DNA from: Nemertoderma westbladi
Taxonomy: Eukaryota; Animalia; Xenacoelomorpha
Assembly (NCBI GenBank): GCA_032718475.1
Contig: JAUCBJ010007054.1
Location: 1-52,406, forward strand
Direction: 5' to 3'
DNA: 52,406 nucleotides
Both the position numbers and the translations under genes were made by a program. The notes beneath the pieces were generated by a model that worked only from the letters and a program-made list of their open reading frames with translations, made no database searches and was not told the DNA's origin. This document shows, in pieces, positions 11,201-21,883 of this stretch; within the stretch, counting starts at the first letter, position 1; each line of letters starts with the position of its first letter.

Positions 11201-12521
11201 GAGAAACCACCAAGAAGAGAACATGATAATTCGCCAACAATTATTCGACTCTCTGCAGAAAATTATGTCCCCACTACAGTCAGTAACCCTAAAACTACAA
11301 CACCGCTCAGGTGCCACTCCTCTAGCAACAGACATATTTGAGCTTCTACGCTGTCTCTCAGCAGGGGCTATCTCAGAGGCCTGCCGTAGACGCCTAAGGA
11401 AGGTTGACTTGAATACAACGGGGATCACTTTAGAGGGCATTAGGAATGACCTCATTACAGCTGTGTCCACATTGCAGGCACGTCTTGGTCTCATCGAAAC
11501 GGAGAATTGTTCCTTAAAAGAGAAATATGGATATATCCAAGATGAACTTAGTATAGAACGCCACCAACGAATGATCTTGGAACAAAAAATTACTAGGCTA
11601 GAAGGACAACTGCAAGCATGTGAACCTTCAGGTCGAAGCAGTGAGGAAATGACTGACAAACGAAAGAAGACTCAAGTAGGCTCCCAAGACGAGTACCTTA
11701 TCATTGATTCTATATCAGCAGGGGAAAGCACACCAACCAATCCAAGAGATCAACCTCACCACGGCAATCATGATGCCAAGCCAAACGATTTGGACTGGTC
11801 CATCACTTCCAGGCGGAGAAGTTATCAAAGAAAGGATTTTTCTGCTGGTTGCCCTCCCAAATTGGTGGGACAAACAAACAACAGATTTGCCCCTCTACTC
11901 TCAGATGAAGCAGACAATGCAGCTACAATTTCAAATTCACAGTACTTAAAGGCAATTTCAAATCAGCTTCATACAAAGCAAGATACTGGTTCAAGGATTG
12001 AGAGCTCAAGCTCTAGAACAAATAATCGTAAATCAACAAGGGCTGAACTGGGTACACATAGACACTCCAGTCCTGCCAGAAGTATCAGGCATCATAGACG
12101 AGGGAAAACACTCAACAAGCAACACGAACCTAATGAATTAAAACAGGGCTCAAGCAAACAGAGCTGGTCCGAACAATTATCAAAACAAACAACTGTCTTT
12201 ATCAGCGGTGTGCCATTTGAGTACTCTGAGGATGATATAGTTGATTACTTAAATTATCATCGTATAACTACCCACCGTATAACAACACGTAACTCCAGAG
12301 ACTCTAGGAATATGAAGATATCAGTGGATTCAGGGATCGGTGATAATCTAAAAGTACCTGGTTTCTGGCCAAGAGGAATAACGTGTCGGGACTGGATCTA
12401 CCATCCTCGACACATCCACCAAGTTAACCACCACATGGAGCAACGTGATCGGTACCACAATGCAGTCAATTCAGGGTATAGAGATAGACCGTGGGCTCAC
12501 CAGCCCTTTCACCAAGACTAA
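8226..12521 (+). CDS. LINE ORF1 (1431 aa from first ATG): SAP motif, 10-aa repeats, Ulp1/C48-like peptidase, coiled coil, RRM-like C-terminus
   Basis: SAP-like KMNTKRLKLLLSNRNLSTSGSRGELLLRAE; (SSKPVDQLDT)n; LNGKSWIDDNVID...NHHWVLHVAD...YMLNS...PKQNNTWDCGAYVC; heptads near 11430-11620; TVFISGVP...MKISV...FWPRGITCRDW. Confidence 0.9.
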   Translation: MDKLKKMNTKRLKLLLSNRNLSTSGSRGELLLRAETANLCSEPEDPKLTDESLDISSRPVDRTANISSKPLDQSNISTSKPEDRLDTSSIPVDQLHASSKLTDQPGSSSKPADQLEILSKPADQLETLSKPADQLETLSKPADQLETLSKPADQLDTPSKPVDQLDTSSKPVEQLDTSSKPVDQLDTSSKHADQPVTSSKPVDQLETSSKPVDQLDTSSKHADQLVTSSKPVDQLDSSCKHEDQLVTSNKHVGQLDTSSKPADQLDTSSKPVDQLDTSTKPVDQHDSSSKPMDLVDTSSKPVDLVDTCSKPADQLDMEPVVQLHTSCKPVDLSDTTSKPVDQLDTSSKPVDQLDTSSKHADQLVTFSKPVDQLDTSCKHEDQLVTSNKHVGQLDTSSKPADQLDTSSKPVDQLDTSTQPVDQHDSSCKPVDLVDTSSKPVDLVDTCSRPADQLDMEPVVQLHTSSCKPVDLSDTTSKPVDQLDTSRKPVDQHDTRPMDQPDKPPMDQPIIDNKPMDIVYLGQVICSIPSDATDISTTPEFPLRGPLARVSPGIHTAMTSSQEDVQLIDKSIKESVTVGCNRSAGSPTTNSIDNGSGSITGTTAAYPDVPAQASPGIHTTMNPGRDVNRTTTLSPDALPFNPPIVEDLQEDGRWLLRSPKPSNKKSKDTTITHFFHPIKSETVKNKLNDESNKSVYMVHPDSSQQPLSGKILVHLMQEYLSDLPTDPLGPVDPLWSSMETLNGKSWIDDNVIDSFLSIISIALPHTASIMAVLTTKLQNPNYDKLSAIKYVARHYLSSCKKTETQLMFFPECTNHHWVLHVADTNHKTVYMLNSMPSSNTPSKTTVEIANLLNHIDLYNRVNQHQNTTLKWTTTVSECSNSFPKQNNTWDCGAYVCLYVLAIAQNLNTVSKIHKDSTSCRQWIKNCLSDMKIVHHKDVIFDFMYVPGFNDEFGDINGDNGTLDDNTPQPAPAGFSELCGILQHPRKDAINFLLRNHQEENMIIRQQLFDSLQKIMSPLQSVTLKLQHRSGATPLATDIFELLRCLSAGAISEACRRRLRKVDLNTTGITLEGIRNDLITAVSTLQARLGLIETENCSLKEKYGYIQDELSIERHQRMILEQKITRLEGQLQACEPSGRSSEEMTDKRKKTQVGSQDEYLIIDSISAGESTPTNPRDQPHHGNHDAKPNDLDWSITSRRRSYQRKDFSAGCPPKLVGQTNNRFAPLLSDEADNAATISNSQYLKAISNQLHTKQDTGSRIESSSSRTNNRKSTRAELGTHRHSSPARSIRHHRRGKTLNKQHEPNELKQGSSKQSWSEQLSKQTTVFISGVPFEYSEDDIVDYLNYHRITTHRITTRNSRDSRNMKISVDSGIGDNLKVPGFWPRGITCRDWIYHPRHIHQVNHHMEQRDRYHNAVNSGYRDRPWAHQPFHQD
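8385..9740 (+). repeat. Coding 30-bp minisatellite in ORF1 (SSKPVDQLDT), with a 414-bp higher-order duplication
   Basis: Unit CCAGTAAACCTGTGGATCAGCTTGATACCT. The KHADQLVT...MEPVVQLH block recurs at 8883 and 9297. Confidence 0.95.
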
Positions 12522-15500
12522 CACCGCTGAATGTGGTTTGGAGGAACAGCTGAGGTTGTGCACTTTTAATACCCATGGATTTGCGGCAAACTCTAAATAC
12601 ATTGCTGAGCTCTTAACCAGCTGTGATTTTCTAGGCCTCCAGGAACACTGGCTCGATGACATGGAGTGCAAAGAATCAATGTGTCTACTGGATGCCAACT
12701 TCAACTGTATATATTCAGTAAGCCACTTAATGAGCAATCCTAACCGTATACGTGGTGCAGGTGGTGTAGCCCTTTACATGAGGAAGGATAAAGTGAATAG
12801 TTTCAGTGAAGTGAAATCTGGAGATAATATTGTTGGCGTAATTGCTCATCTTCACTCCTCAAACGAGCCATTTCTGATTCTTTCAGCCTATGCCCCAGAT
12901 TCGGGGAAACCTCAAGAAGTCTACGATGAGTTCCTGGGCCGCCTCTATGGGTTACTGGAGCAGTATTCAGCATGCATCCCCATCATCCTCACTGATGCCA
13001 ATGCTGATCTTGGTAGTCTGCAGGGAAACAGATTCCTCACTGAGAAACCATCTTACAGAGGCCGGATTCTTAACTCTTTTCTAAACGATAATAATTTAAG
13101 GGCCATCGATACTCACAAGCAGTTCACTGGGCCAGTTATAACGTTTTATGGGCACAACGGTGGTCAGTCATATATTGACCATATATTGACTCCAATGTTA
13201 AACATGGTTTTGATAAAAGATGGCTGCGTATATGAAGAAGATCCTGGTAGTAACTACTCAGATCACGTACCAGTAATTGCGACATTTTCGGTTATGTTCA
13301 ACAATGACCATTCAGGGCAGAAAGTGAAGCCAACCACAAGGAGGAAAATCATGAAATTTAACTGGGCTAAAGCAACTGAAGCCCAAAAGGAAAGATATAA
13401 AGTTGCTGTTGACACACTTCTATTGGAGAATATCCATAAAATAAAATCTGAACTAGGTGGAAAACCTTCTACTGCAACTCTCGATGGTGTGATGGAGAAC
13501 ATACAGTCTGCAATTCATGATGCTGCAATTCAGAATATTCCAGTAGCAAAGCGAAAGACTGGTATAAAAAACATAAGAATTCGGTCCAAAATTCTACACC
13601 AGAGTTCGAAAACAACACAACAATTGTACCAACTATGGAGTGAAGAAGGAAAAGGCAATGAACACCCCCTTGCTACAGTGTTCAAGGAGTCCAAACGACG
13701 CACAAGGCGTATCAAAAATTTTCTCTCTAAAAACTCAGTCGCACAATCAATACATAAATGGGCCAACAAATTCAACTCAAATCCGAAATACTTTTGGGCA
13801 AAGGTAAATAAATCAAACGGAAATGGTATACCCCCCTCGATGGAAGATAAGTTGCGCGATAGTTATGTGAGAAAATTTTCCAACAATGCCTCCAAGTTGA
13901 GTGATGAACTACTGACTGACATGGACTTGGCGTGTGCAAACTCAGTGGTGCCACAAATATCCTCACTGACAGTGAAGAGAGCAATTGCAGCACTATCTAC
14001 AGGGAAAGCCCCTGATAACTCTTCGCTCACTATTGAGCATTTGCTACATTTGAACCCAGAGCCAATATGTGAAATCTTAGCAATTGTGTTCAACCTCTCA
14101 TTCATGCTGAAGAAAGTTCCTAATATATTTGGACATTCGGTTCTGACAAGCCTCTATAAGGGCAAGCATCGGGATGTTTACTCTCCTAAATCGTATCGCC
14201 CAATATCATCAATCAGCATTTGGGCCAAATTGTTTGAACATGTTGTGCTGAAGAGCTTCCTTAGCAGCATAGATCTCCATGAGAACCAGACAGCCTACCG
14301 TAGTCACATTGGGTCTGATGTAGTCATTGCAACGATGTTAGAGTGCATTGAGCATCTGCGGATGAAGAACAAGTCAGTATATCTCTGTCAGCTTGATATA
14401 GAGTCAGCATTCGACACTGTTGACTATAACGTTCTGGGCTGCAAAATGCTGGAGTGTGGAATAAACCCTCACATTGTCGCTACTGTCCTTAACTATTACA
14501 CCAGAAGCCTCTATTTTCTCAAGTTCGGCAGTGATGTTGATGCTATAGGCATCCATGTTTGTAGAGGCCTGAAACAGGGATCACTCCTCTCACCAGTCCT
14601 CTTCAATTTGTATACTAAATCCATTCTTGATGATTTGAAAAGTTCCAACCTCGGATGCTGGATAGACACACACTGGTTGGGAACAATCTCTTATGCTGAT
14701 GATTTCTTGTTAGTCTCTAACACGCAGGAGGGAATGGAGAAAATGTTTACCATGTTCCATAATAGCGCAGCAGAAATGAAACTTACAGTAGAAAAATCCA
14801 AAGTAAACTGGACTGTGTTCAACAATCACCAAGGCTGTCATAGGCCAACATTTCTTTATCTGAACGGCAAAGTGGTTCCAAGATGCGAAAAGTTAAGCTT
14901 CTTAGGGTACGATTTGGCTACTGTTATGACTAACCCCTTAAGCAAGACCCTGCAGACGATAGCGGCACTAAGCCAGACCCTTAAGAACAAGGGATGGACC
15001 TCTGAATGGCTGCCTGTTGAAACCGTATCTCACCTCTGGAGAACAGTTGCACTGCCTGTAATTTTATACGACCTGAGATTACACATTGGTTACCTCTCCC
15101 AGAACGACATGGATAGACTCGATGCCGCCCACAGAAATGCTCTGCGCAGCTTACTCTACATTGGGCGCTATGTTAGCAACCCCACACTGGAGCACCTTAC
15201 GAGCATCAATGCCCTATCAGTGGAAGCAATGCGACAAGCGGTGGGAACCATGGTGCGAATTATAGATTGTCCCAGCAAGGCTTTACAGGGATCGTTTATT
15301 AACTGCTCTGTTGCTAGTCTCGATGGAACCTCTGGGTCACGGTATCGGGGAGTGCTAAACTCTTTTATAAAAGCGCTATCTATCTTTCCCCTTCCACAGC
15401 TTGAGTCCCTATTGATGTACCGCTATGACAAGAAGTCCCTGATGAATCGTATCTCGCACGGAGCAGCATTGACTGGGGATAAGGCCAAGGCCAGCTTTAT

Positions 15501-15579
15501 CGAAGAAACATTTAATCTTAGAACATTGAGTCTCGGAGAAAAAAGAACCAGAATTAGGGACTACTTCGGTATTGTGTAA
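12460..15579 (+). CDS. LINE ORF2: apurinic endonuclease plus reverse transcriptase
   Basis: APE motifs TFNTHG, LQEHWL, SAYAP, TDANAD, SYIDHI, SDHVPV. RT motifs SYRPIS, LDIESAFDTV, GLKQGSLLSPVLFNLY, YADD, FLG. The first ATG (12460) overlaps the end of ORF1 by 62 nt. Confidence 0.96.
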   Translation: MQSIQGIEIDRGLTSPFTKTNTAECGLEEQLRLCTFNTHGFAANSKYIAELLTSCDFLGLQEHWLDDMECKESMCLLDANFNCIYSVSHLMSNPNRIRGAGGVALYMRKDKVNSFSEVKSGDNIVGVIAHLHSSNEPFLILSAYAPDSGKPQEVYDEFLGRLYGLLEQYSACIPIILTDANADLGSLQGNRFLTEKPSYRGRILNSFLNDNNLRAIDTHKQFTGPVITFYGHNGGQSYIDHILTPMLNMVLIKDGCVYEEDPGSNYSDHVPVIATFSVMFNNDHSGQKVKPTTRRKIMKFNWAKATEAQKERYKVAVDTLLLENIHKIKSELGGKPSTATLDGVMENIQSAIHDAAIQNIPVAKRKTGIKNIRIRSKILHQSSKTTQQLYQLWSEEGKGNEHPLATVFKESKRRTRRIKNFLSKNSVAQSIHKWANKFNSNPKYFWAKVNKSNGNGIPPSMEDKLRDSYVRKFSNNASKLSDELLTDMDLACANSVVPQISSLTVKRAIAALSTGKAPDNSSLTIEHLLHLNPEPICEILAIVFNLSFMLKKVPNIFGHSVLTSLYKGKHRDVYSPKSYRPISSISIWAKLFEHVVLKSFLSSIDLHENQTAYRSHIGSDVVIATMLECIEHLRMKNKSVYLCQLDIESAFDTVDYNVLGCKMLECGINPHIVATVLNYYTRSLYFLKFGSDVDAIGIHVCRGLKQGSLLSPVLFNLYTKSILDDLKSSNLGCWIDTHWLGTISYADDFLLVSNTQEGMEKMFTMFHNSAAEMKLTVEKSKVNWTVFNNHQGCHRPTFLYLNGKVVPRCEKLSFLGYDLATVMTNPLSKTLQTIAALSQTLKNKGWTSEWLPVETVSHLWRTVALPVILYDLRLHIGYLSQNDMDRLDAAHRNALRSLLYIGRYVSNPTLEHLTSINALSVEAMRQAVGTMVRIIDCPSKALQGSFINCSVASLDGTSGSRYRGVLNSFIKALSIFPLPQLESLLMYRYDKKSLMNRISHGAALTGDKAKASFIEETFNLRTLSLGEKRTRIRDYFGIV

Positions 15580-15849
15580 TACACTGTGTTCCCTGTGCAG
15601 TATTAATGACTCTGCATCGTTTGGAAGCAGAGCAAACCCCGAGGTCATAATTCTTTTTTTTTTCATTTGCATCCATCCATGGCTATTTTAAATGCTTTGT
15701 TCTTCCTTTTAATTTGAATATATTGTATCCTTTATTTTGTATCACTGGTGCAGTGTGTGAAACTTTGTTCGCTTTTTATTTCTTATTAACGTGCAGCGAA
15801 CTTTTACTGTTGTCGGCTGGGTCCGAATTAAATGAATTAATTAATTAAT

Positions 15850-18800
15850 TAACATCTACTCTTTCTACCCACTAATATCTACTCTTTCTACCCCACAGAC
15901 CGCTCCCACTAACATCTACTCTTTCTACCCACAGACCGCTCCCACTAACATCTACTCTTTCTACCCACTAATATCTACTCTTTCTACCCCACAGACCGCT
16001 CCCACTAATATCTACTCTTTCTACCCACAGACCGCTCCCACTAACATCTACTCTTTCTACCCACAGACCGCTCCCACTAACATCTAATCTTTCTACCCAC
16101 TAACATCTACTCCTTCTACCCCACAGACCGCTCCCACTAACATCTACTCTTTCTACCCACTAATATCTACTCTTTCTACCCCACAGACCGCTCCCACTAA
16201 TATCTACTCTTTCTACCCACAGACCGCTCCCACTAACATCTACTCTTTCTACCCTCAGATCGCTCCCACTAACATCTACTCTTTCTACCCACTAATATCT
16301 ACTCTTTCTACCCCACAGACCGCTCCCAATGATATTTACTCTTTCTACCCCACAGACCGCTCCCACTAACATCTACTCTTTCTACCCACTAACATCTACT
16401 CTTTCTGCCCCACAGACCGCTCCCACTGATATCAACTCTTTCTACCTGCTAACATCTACTCTTTGTACCCACATACCGCTCCCGGTAACATCTACTCTTT
16501 CTACCCACAGACCGCTCCCACTAACATCCATTCGTTCTACCCCACAGACCGCTCCCACTGATATCTACTCTTTCTATCTGCTAACATCTACTCTTTCTAC
16601 CTACAGACCGCTCCCTCTAACATCTTCTCTTTCTACCCACAGACCGCTTCCACTGATATCTACTCTTTCTACCTGCTAACATCTACTATTTCTACTCCAC
16701 AGACCGCTCCCACTGATATCTACTCTTTCTACCCACAGACCGCTCCCTCTAACATCTACTCTTTCTACCCACAGACCGCTCCCTCTAACATCTACTCTTT
16801 CTACCCACAGACCGCTCCCAATGATATCTACTCTTTCTACCTGCTAACATCTACTCTTTCTACCTGCTAACATCTACTCTTTCTGCCCCACAGACCGCTC
16901 CCACTGATATCTACTCTTTCTACCCACAGACCGCTCCCTCTAACATCTACTCTTTCTACCCACAGACCGCTCCCACTGATATCTACTCTTTCTACCCACA
17001 GACCGCTCCCAATGATATCTACTCTTTCTACCTGCTAACATCTACTTTTTCTACTCCACAGACCGCTCCCACTAACATCTACTCTTTCTACCTGCTAACA
17101 TCTACTCTTTATATCCACAGACCGCTCCCACTAACATCTACTCTTTCTACCTGCTAACATCTACTCTTTCTACCCACAGACCGCTCCCACTGATATCTAC
17201 TCTTTCTACCCACAGACCGCTCCCAATGATATCTACTCTTTCTACCTGCTAACATCTACTCTTTCTACTCCACAGACCGCTCCCACTAACATCTACTCTT
17301 TCTACCTGCTAACATCTACTCTTTATATCCACAGACCGCTCCCACTAACATCTACTCTTTCTACCTGCTAACATCTACTCTTTATATCCACAGACCGCTC
17401 CCGCTAACATCTACTCTTTCTACCCCACAGACCGCTCCCACTAACATCTACTCTTTATATCCACAGACCGCTCCCGCTAACATCTACTCTTTCAACCCCA
17501 CAGACCGCTCCCGCTAACATCTACTCTTTCTACCCACAGACCGCTCCCACTAACATCTACTCTTTCTACCTGCTAACATCTACTCTTTATATCCACAGAC
17601 CGCTCCCGCTAACATCTACTCTTTCTACCCACTAACATCTACTCCTTCTACCCACAGACTGCTCCCACTAACATCTACTCTTTCTACCTGCTAACATCTA
17701 CTCGTTCTACCCCACAGACCGCTCCCACTAACATCTACTCTTTCTACCCACTAACATCTACTCCTTCTACCCACAGACCGCTCCCACTAACATCTACTCT
17801 TTCTACCTGCTAACATCTACTCGTTCTACCCCACAGACCGCTCCCGCTAACATCTACTCTTTCTACCCCACAGACCGCTCCCACTAACATCTACTCTTTC
17901 TACCCACAGACCGCTCCCGCTAACATCTACTCGTTCTACCATACAGACCGATCCCACTAACATCTACTCTTTCTACCCACAGACCGATCCCACTAACATC
18001 TACTCTTTCTACCCACAGACCGCTCCCACTAACATCTACTCTTTCTACCCACAGACCGCTCCCACTAACATCTACTCTTTCTATCGACAGACCGCTCCCA
18101 CTAACATCTACTCTTTCTACCCACAGACCGCTCCCACTAACATCTACTCTTTCTACCTGCTAACATCTACTCTTTCTACCTGCTAACATCTACTCTTTAT
18201 ATCCACAGACCGCTCCCGCTAACATCTACTCTTTCTACCCACAGACCGCTCCCACTAACATCCATTCGTTCTACCCACAGACCGCTCCCGCTAACATCTA
18301 CTCTTTCTACCTGCTAACATCTACTCTTTCTACCTGCTAACATCTACTCTTTCTACCTGCTAACATCTACTCTTTCTACCTGCTAACATCTACTCTTTCT
18401 ACCTGCTAACATCTACTCTTTATATCCACAGACCGCTCCCGCTAACATCTACTCGTTCTACCCACAGACCGCTCCCGCTAACATCTACTCTTTCTACCCA
18501 CAGACCGCTCCCGCTAACATCTACTCTTTCTACCCACAGACCGCTCCCGCTAACATCTACTCTTTCTACCCACAGACCGCTCCCGCTAACATCTACTCTT
18601 TCTACCCACAGACCGCTCCCGCTAACATCTACTCTTTCTACCCACAGACCGCTCCCGCTAACATCTACTCTTTCTACCTGCGAACATCTACTCTTTCTAC
18701 CTGCTAACATCTACTCTTTCTACCCAACAGACCGCTCCCACTAACATCTACTCTGTCTATCCACAGACCGCTCCCACTAACATCTACTCTTTCTACCCAC

Positions 18801-20381
18801 AGACCGCTCCCACTAACATCTACTCTTTCTACTCCACAGACCGCTCCCACTAACATCTACTCTTTCTACCCAACAGACCGCTCCCACTGATATCTACTCT
18901 TTCTACCTGCTAACATCTACTCTTTCTACCCACAGACCGCTCCCACTAACATCTACTCTTTCTACCCAACAGACCGCTCCCACTAACATCTACTCTTTCT
19001 ACCCCACAGACCGCTCCCACTAACATCTACTCTTTCTACCCAACAGACCGCTCCCACTGATATCTACTCTTTCTACCTGCTAACATCTACTCTTTCTACC
19101 CAACAGACCGCTCCCACTGATATCTACTCTTTCTACCTGCTAACATCTACTCTTTCTACCCACAGACCGCTCCCACTAACATCTACTCTTTCTACCCAAC
19201 AGACCGCTCCCACTAACATCTACTCTTTCTACCCCACAGACCGCTCCCACTAACATCTACTCTTTCTACCCAACAGACCGCTCCCACTGATATCTACTCT
19301 TTCTACCTGCTAACATCTACTCTTTCTACCCAACAGACCGCTCCCACTAACATCTACTCTGTCTATCCACAGACCGCTCCCACTAACATCTACTCTTTCT
19401 ACCCAACAGACCGCTCCCACTAACATCTACTCTTTCTACCCAACAGACCGCTCCCACTGATATCTACTCTTTCTACCTGCTAACATCTACTCTATCTACC
19501 CACAGACCGCTCCCGCTAACATCTACTCGTTCTACCCCACAGACCGCTCCCGCTAACATCTACTCTTTCTACCCACAGACCGCTCCCACTGATATCTACT
19601 CTTTCTACCTAGTAACATCTACTCTTTCTGCCCCACAGACCGCTCCCGCTAACATCTACTCTTTCTACCCACAGACCGCTCCCACTAACATCTACTCTTT
19701 CTACCCACAGACCGCTCCCACTGATATCTACTCTTTCTACCTAGTAACATCTACTCTTTCTGCCCCACAGACCGCTCCCGCTAACATCTACTCTTTCTAC
19801 CCACAGACCGCACCCACTGATATCTACTCTTTCTACCTGCTAACATCTACTCTTTCTACCCACAGACCGCTCCCGCTAACATCTACTCTTTCTACCCACA
19901 GACCGCTCCCACTGATATCTACTCTTTCTACCTAGTAACATCTACTCTTTCTGCCCCACAGACCGCTCCCACGTATATATACTCTTTCTACCTGCTAACA
20001 TCTACTATTTCTACTCCACAGACCGCTCCCACTGATATCAACTTATTCTACCTGCTTACATCTACTCTTTCTACCCCACAGACCGCATCCAATGATTTAT
20101 ACTCTTTCTACCTGCTAACATATACTCTTTCTATCGACAGACCGCTCCCGCTAACATCTACTCTTTCTACCCACAGACCGCTCCCGCTAACATCTACTCT
20201 TTCTATCCACAGACCACTCCCACTGATATCTACTCTTTCCACTTGGTAACATCTACACTTTCTACCCCACAGACCGCTCCCACTGATATCTACTCTTTCT
20301 ACCTGGTAACATCTACTCTTTCTGCCCCACAGACCGCTCCCACGTATATATACTCTTTCTACCTGCTAACATCTACTCTTT
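15850..20381. repeat. Minisatellite B (left arm), 36-bp unit CTAACATCTACTCTTTCTACCCACAGACCGCTCCCA with 37-bp and 23-bp variants
   Basis: Direct tandem repetition, interrupted mid-unit by the BEL/Pao element. Confidence 0.98.
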
Positions 20382-21598
20382 TGTAAAAGCTTTTGCTGAA
20401 TTGTCCGGTTATTTTTCCTTATTTTTCCCGTAAAATACTCTGTAGTTGGTTTACCAGGCATAAAAAGGCCGTGTCCTTGCTGTACTGGTGTTTTAGCGGA
20501 CATAAAAGCTATTTCTTCTGTATTTGTACTTTAGAGGACATAATCCGTAATTCCGTGACGTAAAAGCTCGATACTCTTGAAAACAGTGTCACTACCATGA
20601 CGACGGCTAGCAGCTGATATTGCCACGTCGACGTTTCTTTGTTTCTCTGTTCTCTCGTTGTTCAGGTTGACCAATCAGAGCGTTTGTTGTCTCTGTGTTG
20701 GAGGTATATACAGAAACTCAGTAGTTCAGTGTTATTTTTTTGCCCAGAGCCTAAGAACCGGCTTTGGCACCTCCGTGTTTTCAGTTTTTAGTCTTACACT
20801 AGTAGGTTTAATTATAAAGGGCATATATCCTTTAACTCATGGAATCACTGATCTGGGAATACACTGACTGTTGACACACGGCTTTTAATAACTGCTGAAA
20901 CTGCTAAAATTACCTGCTCAATCGATACTGTGTACTGCTATTTGTTGTCGGTTATTCATTATATTGGTTGATGAATTATTATATTGGAATAACGAGAAAT
21001 AACCCCGAAAACCCAATATTCTTGATATACCGAAGGTAAGAGAGAAAGGTTACCAATAACGATTGTGACTTATGTTAAAGTGGTTTGAAGTGAATCTAAT
21101 GTTATTTGATAGACCCTACATGAGTCAGTCTGTGTTCCTTTTATAGGTGACTAAAATCAGTGAAGATTGGCAGATTAGTGTGCAGTATTGTGCAGCATTG
21201 TGTATGAGTGAGTCTGTTAAAGAAGCAATTCCTAAAGAATGCGCCATATATGTGAATTATAATTAAGCCATATCGTTGTGAGTAGTTTAAGTCATAACTC
21301 TGTTTATATAGATAAAGCGCCACGTCCTAAAGGAACTGTTAATATTCCCGAAGGTAAATAATATTGTCAGAGATTATATAATACTGTCAGTCGAATAATA
21401 CATTAGGCTTACATAGCAATAAAATTAAACCGTCGAACCCAATCTCCCGGGAATATCCAGCGGGTGAATGATCGCGCACAGATTGGTTTCGACTAGTGTA
21501 GTGAATCAAATACTTGTCATAGACTAAAAACCGATTTAATATCTAGAAGACATCTTAATTTGGTGGGTTAAACTGCCAAAGGTCTGAAAGCGCGAACA
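20382..21598 (+). repeat. 5' LTR (1217 bp)
   Basis: TGTAAAAGC...GCGCGAACA. Near-identical to 31774-32990 (three substitutions seen by eye). Contains CCAAT at 20671 and TATATA at 20705. Confidence 0.97.
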
Positions 21599-21883
21599 TT
21601 AAAGGATATAGCTTCTGTATTGCAGTAGGCAATAAAGCTGAAGTACCGGCAACCGGTACCCAGTAGGCCTGACTACCTAACCACCCGGACCGGTACCTAC
21701 AGCAGTACAGGTACAGCAGTATTATTCGATTTTGATAATTATATACCGGTAGGCCTTAATAATTAATCAGGGAGGGCCCGCCCTGGTTTTTTATTGAGAT
21801 TTTTACTTATTTCTGTCAAGTTTTATTTGTTTGTAGGCCAGTATTGAACAGAAGGCGTGTAAGCCTGATCAGATTGTACAGAC

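Larger units (their letters stand above)
7934..15852 (+). mobile_element. Apparently full-length non-LTR retrotransposon (APE-RT LINE, RTE-X/CR1-group-like)
   Basis: About 290-bp 5' region, two intact overlapping ORFs, about 250-bp 3' UTR and an (AATT)n tail at 15826-15852. Clade is inferred from the LQEHWL and FWPxGIxxRxW motifs. The 5' boundary is uncertain. Confidence 0.9.

Noticed and set aside
20825-20836. ATATCCTTT matches the U12-type 5' splice site consensus
   Set aside because: No partner U12 branch point or AC acceptor was identified. Complementarity to the PBS explains the sequence better.
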